Assembly: GCA_029762535.1 (NCBI GenBank)
Contig: JARVGK010000001.1
Coordinates: 98,860-162,859, forward strand
Source of the DNA: Thermoplasmatota archaeon
Lineage (GTDB): Archaea > Thermoplasmatota > Penumbrarchaeia > Penumbrarchaeales > Penumbrarchaeaceae
Reading direction: 5' to 3'
DNA: 64,000 nt
The position numbers and the translations under genes were made by a program. Below the pieces are notes generated by a model that did no database searches, was not told the DNA's origin, and was given only the letters and a program-made list of their open reading frames with translations. Shown here in pieces: positions 58,117-64,000 of the stretch. Numbering within the stretch: position 1 is the first letter of the stretch; every line of letters starts with the position of its first letter.

Positions 58117-58253
58117 ACGTTCTTTCTCCGGGCCCGTATTTCGGTGAAAAATCAACTAACTGATACTTAACCGTTCTGGGCATATCTGCATGTCTTCGCC
58201 GGGCGCCGGGAACCGTTATATACGTACGAACATGTTGCCTGGGCGGTCGATGG

Positions 58254-59771
58254 ATGTACGCCAGAAAGACAATTCTGATAATGGGGAGCACGATCCTCAC
58301 GAACTTCATAGGCTATCTGAGCTGGTACTTCATAACCAACAACATACCCCAGTCTTTCGTGGGTTCCGTCGGATTTGCACTGTCCTTTCTGGGATTCTTC
58401 GGCATCGTCGTTGACCTGGGGTTCACATCCGCCCACATCAAGAGGATCTCGGAAGGGAAGGACGAGGCCAAATGCATAGGCACTTACACCTTCATCAAGG
58501 TCTTTCTGCTTACAATGTTCGTTTTACTGGCCCTTTCATCGATATGGGGTTACAAGAACGTGTACCCCAGGAGGGACTTCGCCAATTCATACGACGAGAC
58601 GGTCATACACATCATGCTCGTATGGGCCATATTGTCCAACCTGGCCTCGATCCTGGTGAACACTTATCTGGGAAAGCAGCAGGTTGCCAAGGCTCAGGCT
58701 GTCATCGTGGGGGCGGCGGTCGTTCAGTCCCTCACAACGATATTCATCGTAACCCGTACCAACGACATCAACATGTTCGCCTCCACATGGGTCGTGGGCG
58801 GGGCCGCCTCATTGGGTTTCGGGATCCTGCTCCTGGGCAAGGTCAGGATCTCCCTGCCGTCGAGGGAGTATCTTTTGAGCTACCTGAAGTACGCTCTTCC
58901 GATGATGCTCGTCATAGGCGCCGCCCCCTTGGTGCTCTTCCTTGACAAGATGATGATAAAGCTGTTCAACACCAACGTCGATGTTTCGATCTACTGGAAC
59001 GCCCAGAAGTTCGCCGCTCTTCCGGAGGCGATAGCCAACTCGGTGATCAGCGTGCTCTTTCCCGCGTTCTCCATGATGGTATCGACCGGGATGGTAGGTA
59101 GGGTGAAAGAGATCACCCGCACCGCTGAACGCTACCTATCCATGTTCATGGTCCCGGCCGCGTTCTTCCTCATCGCCGTGGCAACCCCTTTCGTCGTCAT
59201 ATTCTCCGATGTGTCCTACGAGTCGTCAGGTCTGATACTCGCTATACTGATGGGATGGGTGATACTCAAGACCCTCTCCAAGCCCTATCAGGTCCATTTC
59301 GGAGGTTTCAACAGGCCAGTCTATGCGATGTACCTGTCCCTTGTCTTCATACCGCTGAACGTCCTACTAAATCTGATCTTCATCCCCCCGTCCCTTTTCG
59401 GGATCCCCCTTCTTGGACTGGGGGCCGTGGGCGCGGCCCTGGCCTCCTTCACGGGCGCGATCGTCTATTATCTGATGATACGCTTCCTGTCCTACAGGCT
59501 GGTACCGATCGGTATCAACGTGAGCGTCATCAAGCATATCATCGCTGGTATCATCATGGCGGGATCCCTTTATCTCCTGCAACATCAATTATATTCGATC
59601 GATCGGTTCTACGATGTGATATCCTTCGCGATCATAGGGTCCGCCATCTATCTCACGGCCATATGGTTGATGGGGGAGTTCCGAAGGAAGGACATGGAGT
59701 TCATCCTGGACACGATGAACGTCGGGAAGATGTTCGGATATCTAAAGGACGAGCTGCTGGGAAGAAAGTAG
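58254..59771 (+). CDS. Wzx/MOP-family oligosaccharide flippase
   Basis: DLGF..AHIKRISEG, DKMMI, LFPAFS, NVLLNLIFIP, GAVGAALA; about 14 TM helices. Confidence 0.92.
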   Translation: MYARKTILIMGSTILTNFIGYLSWYFITNNIPQSFVGSVGFALSFLGFFGIVVDLGFTSAHIKRISEGKDEAKCIGTYTFIKVFLLTMFVLLALSSIWGYKNVYPRRDFANSYDETVIHIMLVWAILSNLASILVNTYLGKQQVAKAQAVIVGAAVVQSLTTIFIVTRTNDINMFASTWVVGGAASLGFGILLLGKVRISLPSREYLLSYLKYALPMMLVIGAAPLVLFLDKMMIKLFNTNVDVSIYWNAQKFAALPEAIANSVISVLFPAFSMMVSTGMVGRVKEITRTAERYLSMFMVPAAFFLIAVATPFVVIFSDVSYESSGLILAILMGWVILKTLSKPYQVHFGGFNRPVYAMYLSLVFIPLNVLLNLIFIPPSLFGIPLLGLGAVGAALASFTGAIVYYLMIRFLSYRLVPIGINVSVIKHIIAGIIMAGSLYLLQHQLYSIDRFYDVISFAIIGSAIYLTAIWLMGEFRRKDMEFILDTMNVGKMFGYLKDELLGRK

Positions 59772-59868
59772 TGAAGAGGGGATCCAACCGGAAAAAGCGT
59801 TTAATAGAACCGATATCATTGAGTGGAACGGGGAAACGCTCCTGGTCCGATGCCGGGAGGGCAAAGAT

Positions 59869-61056
59869 ATGGAAGATGGAGACGTCGGTGTTATCATTCT
59901 CTCGGGGACCTCCCGGGCCGCGCGCCATATTCGGTGGAAGAGGCGGGCGACGCTCCTGGGCAGGCTTCTGGGCTGGAAGGGCGATTCCAAGGGGGTCCTC
60001 GAGAACAGGATAACGTCCTGGGTGAACAGGGACGATTACATCTACGGTGAGAACAAGCCCCTTCTGTATCTTCATCCGGACCTGGTCTGGGGGCCCAACA
60101 TGGCCTTCTTCAAGAGGACTGTGAACCTGTCGGGCAGGACCGGGATCGACGTTTACCGCAAGCGGCGCAGCATACTCAGGAAATATCTCTCGGTCAAGGG
60201 CGTCACCTCACTGGAGATCGTGGCAAGATCGCTTTCAGGGTCCAAGCTCGTGGACCAGAAAAACATCGTCGTGGTGGGGCCGGTGGACCCCATCAAGAAG
60301 GAGCTCGATAGATCAGGGGCGAAGCATATCCGCATAGCAAAGCAGGGGGGGTCCCTCGGGGACAACATACTCATCGGCAGGAAAGCCCTGATCGGGTCCG
60401 GTTTCAAGGGAGGATACATAATGATCCTCGGCGGGGACATGCCCCTGATCGACAGCGGTCAGATAGACAGCTTCGTTCAGGCCTGCCGGGCCCGGGGAGG
60501 GGGCCCGGATATGTTCTACGGGATGAGCTCGAGGAAGGCTCTGGGACCGAGGTTGGAGGAATTGGACGTGGTCCATTTAGGCCGCCTCGGCCCGAACCGG
60601 CCCGCCAGGGGCAATATCAAGAAGTTCGGGATACAGTTCATCGATGATCTGGGCCTGTTCGGGCCAGAGGGAGAGAGGGTGGCCCTGATGAACTCCAACC
60701 TATTCCTCTACAAGAGGTCCTCCTTCGACCCGAAAACGATCAACAGGCTCTATTCCATGAGGAAGATGTTCGCGAACCCTTTCATCTACCATCGCCTTAT
60801 ACGCGACTTCGGGATCCCCCTCATAAGGACCCTTATGTGGCGCCTGTCCCTCTCAGAGGGGGAGGGGATATTTAGCCGGACCGTGGGATTCAAGCTCAAC
60901 GTCGTTCCGACGAACCCCCTTCTGGCCCTTGACCTCGATTCCTTCACGGACCTCAGGAGGGCAAGCGCGATCCTGTTCGGCGTCAAAGGGGAGAGAAAGG
61001 ACCTCGAGGTGGGCCTGAAGGAATATGTCAAGCGCAGGCGGAGGGAAAAGGGATGA
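59869..61056 (+). CDS. MobA-like NTP-transferase (GT-A fold) with basic insertions
   Basis: IILSG, ENKPLL, GSLGDNI, GDMPLI, ALDLDS. Confidence 0.7.
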   Translation: MEDGDVGVIILSGTSRAARHIRWKRRATLLGRLLGWKGDSKGVLENRITSWVNRDDYIYGENKPLLYLHPDLVWGPNMAFFKRTVNLSGRTGIDVYRKRRSILRKYLSVKGVTSLEIVARSLSGSKLVDQKNIVVVGPVDPIKKELDRSGAKHIRIAKQGGSLGDNILIGRKALIGSGFKGGYIMILGGDMPLIDSGQIDSFVQACRARGGGPDMFYGMSSRKALGPRLEELDVVHLGRLGPNRPARGNIKKFGIQFIDDLGLFGPEGERVALMNSNLFLYKRSSFDPKTINRLYSMRKMFANPFIYHRLIRDFGIPLIRTLMWRLSLSEGEGIFSRTVGFKLNVVPTNPLLALDLDSFTDLRRASAILFGVKGERKDLEVGLKEYVKRRRREKG

Positions 61057-62390
61057 GGCTCTCCGACAGGGAGCTGGGATCCGAGTTCTGCCGCTTCGAG
61101 AGGGCGTTGATCTTCGATCCGGCCTACGAGAACGTGGGATACGCCCACTTCCATACGAAGGACAGCATCATCTTGAAGAGGTCCAGGTTCACGGATATAG
61201 ATCGGGGCGTGATCTATTTGCTGCCACCGGACCTTGTAAAAAAGGTATCGGAGGGCGATCTCATCGAGATAGTCCCCGGAAGGTCCATGGACAGGATGCG
61301 GCCGGTCGGCGAGGGAAGGGGGAGATCCTTTACGAGGTCCAGGTACGTCGAGGCCATGGACGTCTTCGAGGCCAGGGTCCCCGTCCCGTCCCCGAACCTC
61401 CCCCGGGACGAGTTCGTACAAAGATCCTCGTCATCCTGGATCGATGCCGAAGAGGACATGCTCGATATGGTGATAGCGCTTCTTCTGGTGTCCGCTCCCA
61501 GCTCGGTCTACGGGCGGGGGGGTGTCGGTTCCGAGGGGTTGGAGGTGTACCGTGAGAGGGGATCGGGCACACTCAACGATGTAGCCCAGACGGTCAGGCA
61601 GAACCTTCCCATCGAGTTCAGGACCGGGTCGAACGTGTACAGGTATGAGGTTCTGGACACATTGGGATCGATGAGGGCGTTCAGGAAGGAGAAGACGCAG
61701 GAGCTAAGCTACTCCATAATCAAGCCCCACAGGGTGACCCAGACATGGATAAGGGAGAGGGTGCCGGTGCAGCTTCCTTTCGTCCTTGAGAACGCCAGGC
61801 TCAAGGAAAAGGTCAAGGAGATCGATCTTGATGTTCTCGATTACCAGTTGTGTGCTCTCTACTCCCCTCCCCCTGACACGGGACACGTGTTGGAGATGGC
61901 CAAAGAATCGGTCAGGAGGGCCACGGCCTCGGGCGCCTTCGACATGCCCGGGCCGCTCGAGATCGATCCGATGGCCGGATTAAGGGTGGCCCTGTCGATA
62001 ATGAGGCTGAACATAGGCCGGGAGTTCAAGGGGACATCCTACATCAGGAGGCCTTTGTCGGGTCATGAGGAGGGCATGCGGGTCTTCGAGAGGGTGCTCA
62101 AGAGGGGGCTGGAGGAGGTCCGGAAAAGGGTTGACCAGGAAGACCTCTTCCGGATGGACCGCAGCCTGCCGTTCAGGGACAGGCTGACGGAGCAGGACAG
62201 AATGCTCTTCTACGAGATAAGGAGGGAGATACAGGAGAAGGGGCTCGAGGAGATCCCGAAAGAGAGCCTGGTCAAGGGAAGGAACCGATTCGCTCTCGAG
62301 GCTTCCCTGGAGAAGCTGAACCGGTACGGGTACGTTCTCTTCATGAAGGGTGGTGAATGGATACGGATCATAGACCTGGATTCGCTCTGA
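61053..62390 (+). CDS. Hypothetical protein, probably a degenerate MCM-like protein (OB fold, truncated inactive AAA+, wHTH)
   Basis: See findings. Coupled to the upstream gene by an ATGA overlap. Confidence 0.6.
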   Translation: MRLSDRELGSEFCRFERALIFDPAYENVGYAHFHTKDSIILKRSRFTDIDRGVIYLLPPDLVKKVSEGDLIEIVPGRSMDRMRPVGEGRGRSFTRSRYVEAMDVFEARVPVPSPNLPRDEFVQRSSSSWIDAEEDMLDMVIALLLVSAPSSVYGRGGVGSEGLEVYRERGSGTLNDVAQTVRQNLPIEFRTGSNVYRYEVLDTLGSMRAFRKEKTQELSYSIIKPHRVTQTWIRERVPVQLPFVLENARLKEKVKEIDLDVLDYQLCALYSPPPDTGHVLEMAKESVRRATASGAFDMPGPLEIDPMAGLRVALSIMRLNIGREFKGTSYIRRPLSGHEEGMRVFERVLKRGLEEVRKRVDQEDLFRMDRSLPFRDRLTEQDRMLFYEIRREIQEKGLEEIPKESLVKGRNRFALEASLEKLNRYGYVLFMKGGEWIRIIDLDSL

Positions 62391-63476
62391 TCACTCCTCG
62401 ATATCCTTCGGTTCGAGGTCCCCCCATTTAAGGCGGTCCCAGTATCTCGAAAGCTCCGCCCTCACCCCGGGGCCCAGGTCCTGAGCCTCCTTGAGGTCCT
62501 TCTTCCACGCGGAGTTGACGAAGCGTATCCTCTTCATGAGCCCCGCCCGATTCGCGTTCTGGATCTCGAGCCCCGGCCTCTTGTTGACCTCTATGACGAC
62601 AACGCCCTTTCTCTCATCGACGGTGAGGTCCACTCCGACGTAGCCCATCTCCATCGCAAGGGCGGAGGCGGAGGCGGATTCCAGCATACTTTCCCACTCG
62701 TTGAACCTGAAACCGATGATGGCCTTCCCCGATCCAGGGTGCCTCTTCACCGTTCGCCTGTCCTGGGTGGCGGTGATTATCCTCCCCTCCGAGAGGGAGA
62801 TCCCGGCGGCGAGGGCTCCCTGATGAATGTTCGCCCTGCCCTGCGACCTTTTCGTTGGGAGCCTGGTCATCGCCATGATGGGAAATCCCCTGAAGACGAC
62901 TATGCGAATATCGATGAGCCCCTCCGTCTGCAGCTCCCTCAGCCTTTTGGCGAGGATAATCCTCTCCTCGATGATGGCGCGGTCGGGGATCCCCTCGGAG
63001 AAGGAGCCGTTTATGATGCTCCTGATGTGCTGTACCATATCCCTGTCCTCGAGGGTCCTGCCGTTGTAGCGGAAAGAGACCCATCCCTTCCTCGAATCGA
63101 TGACGAGTACGCCGTTGCCCCCATGGCCCTTGCTGGGTTTGATGACGAACCCCCTGTCCCAGCCCTTGAGCCAGTTATTGAAGGAGAGTATCCCGTTCTC
63201 GTCGGATACTATCATGTACGTCTCGGGGATCGGGATCCCTGCCCTGGTGAGTTTCAGTTTCTGTTCCACCTTGTCGGAGATCTCCATGAGGTGGGGGGGG
63301 TTGTGCTTCTCTATGAGCCTCTTCCAGGCTGGCCTTGTGAGGATCTCCCTTCGGGCGAGGATCGAGACGGGGATCCACCCCCCTCCCTCCCTCCGGAGGG
63401 ACTCCCTGACCTGCCTGAACCTGTCCGGGCCTCCGAAGACGAGGTTCCTCATGGCGGATCTGCCGCTCCTTGCCAT
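62391..63476 (-). CDS. ATP-grasp protein, alpha-L-glutamate-ligase-like (RimK-related)
   Basis: GIPIPETY, FVIKPSKGHGGNG, AMTRLPT..SQGRANIHQGA, GVD, IEVNKRPGL.IQ.AN. Confidence 0.9.
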   Translation of the reverse strand: MARSGRSAMRNLVFGGPDRFRQVRESLRREGGGWIPVSILARREILTRPAWKRLIEKHNPPHLMEISDKVEQKLKLTRAGIPIPETYMIVSDENGILSFNNWLKGWDRGFVIKPSKGHGGNGVLVIDSRKGWVSFRYNGRTLEDRDMVQHIRSIINGSFSEGIPDRAIIEERIILAKRLRELQTEGLIDIRIVVFRGFPIMAMTRLPTKRSQGRANIHQGALAAGISLSEGRIITATQDRRTVKRHPGSGKAIIGFRFNEWESMLESASASALAMEMGYVGVDLTVDERKGVVVIEVNKRPGLEIQNANRAGLMKRIRFVNSAWKKDLKEAQDLGPGVRAELSRYWDRLKWGDLEPKDIEE

Positions 63477-63696
63477 ATTCTGCACCTTGAAGCTAACGCC
63501 AGGTATATCATATAGGCCCCCTATTTAAATTGCCGGATGCGGATCCGGATGAAGGGAAGGTCTGGACCCTCCGGGGATCGGAGGGGATCTCAACAAAGGA
63601 AAAAGAATAAATACTTTTCAGAAGCATCACGTTTCAGACCGAGAGGTAGGCGGGTGGCAGAAGCGGTGATGCTTCCCGGTTGATGGAGGTGTGAGA

Positions 63697-64000
63697 ATGC
63701 AAAAGGATAGCATCGCACGAAAGAATATTGTCATTATTCTCGAGCTGCTGCTGATATCGGTGACGGTCACGGGTCTGGTATCTTTATCCGACGGCACCTC
63801 GGATCTCACACACACAAGATCGTACACTGGCCTGCACATAGACCTCAACATATACGACGACGCCACATCGGATCGAGATTACATATCGATCAAGGACCAG
63901 AGGATGGTCAGGTTCAACGATATTTCAAAAAGCGGAGATACGATGTCCATCGAGATCGGAAAGGAATCGATCCGAATGGAAAAAATTGAATTCCGGGACC
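63697..64000 (+). CDS. N-terminus of a secreted or membrane protein, truncated by the window end
   Basis: SD GGAGGTG; MQKDSIARKNIVIILELLLISVTVTGLVSLS...; frame open to the end. Confidence 0.7.
   Translation, partial: MQKDSIARKNIVIILELLLISVTVTGLVSLSDGTSDLTHTRSYTGLHIDLNIYDDATSDRDYISIKDQRMVRFNDISKSGDTMSIEIGKESIRMEKIEFRD

Overview
GC-rich archaeal chromosomal window. The 16S sequence, the unlinked rRNA gene and the gene content point to an uncultured Thermoplasmatota lineage; this is an inference, not a database result. From left to right it holds: (i) a complete archaellum operon (arlB-arlCDE-F-G-H-I-J) preceded by two extra co-oriented genes; (ii) lipid and housekeeping genes (AK6, CDP-alcohol phosphatidyltransferase, dolichol-kinase-like protein, aspA, mtnA, bacterial-type plsC, rps17e, a beta-CASP RNase, rpoN/Rpo10, rpl37e, Lsm, acyl-ACP thioesterase, flippase); (iii) nine large membrane-anchored surface proteins covering about 30 kb, including clostripain (C11), gingipain (C25) and a probably inactive C39-like protein; and (iv) a solitary 16S rRNA with a bulge-helix-bulge processing stem and tRNA-Ala but no 23S. 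The most unusual signal is non-coding. Directly after rpoN lies a tandem array in which the 5' part of tRNA-Pro(UGG) occurs three times. The copies are separated by ~147-bp inserts, each made of a 78-bp variable hairpin segment and an identical 69-bp double-palindrome/promoter segment, and only the last copy is a full tRNA. Other candidates are a degenerate, ATPase-dead MCM-like protein, a nested four-fold DUF3068/PorA-like protein, a surface protein with a cytosolic C4HC3 zinc finger, a MITE-like element, a candidate sRNA and a 38-aa microprotein. No CRISPR, integrase or transposase was seen. All family calls come from motif recognition by eye.
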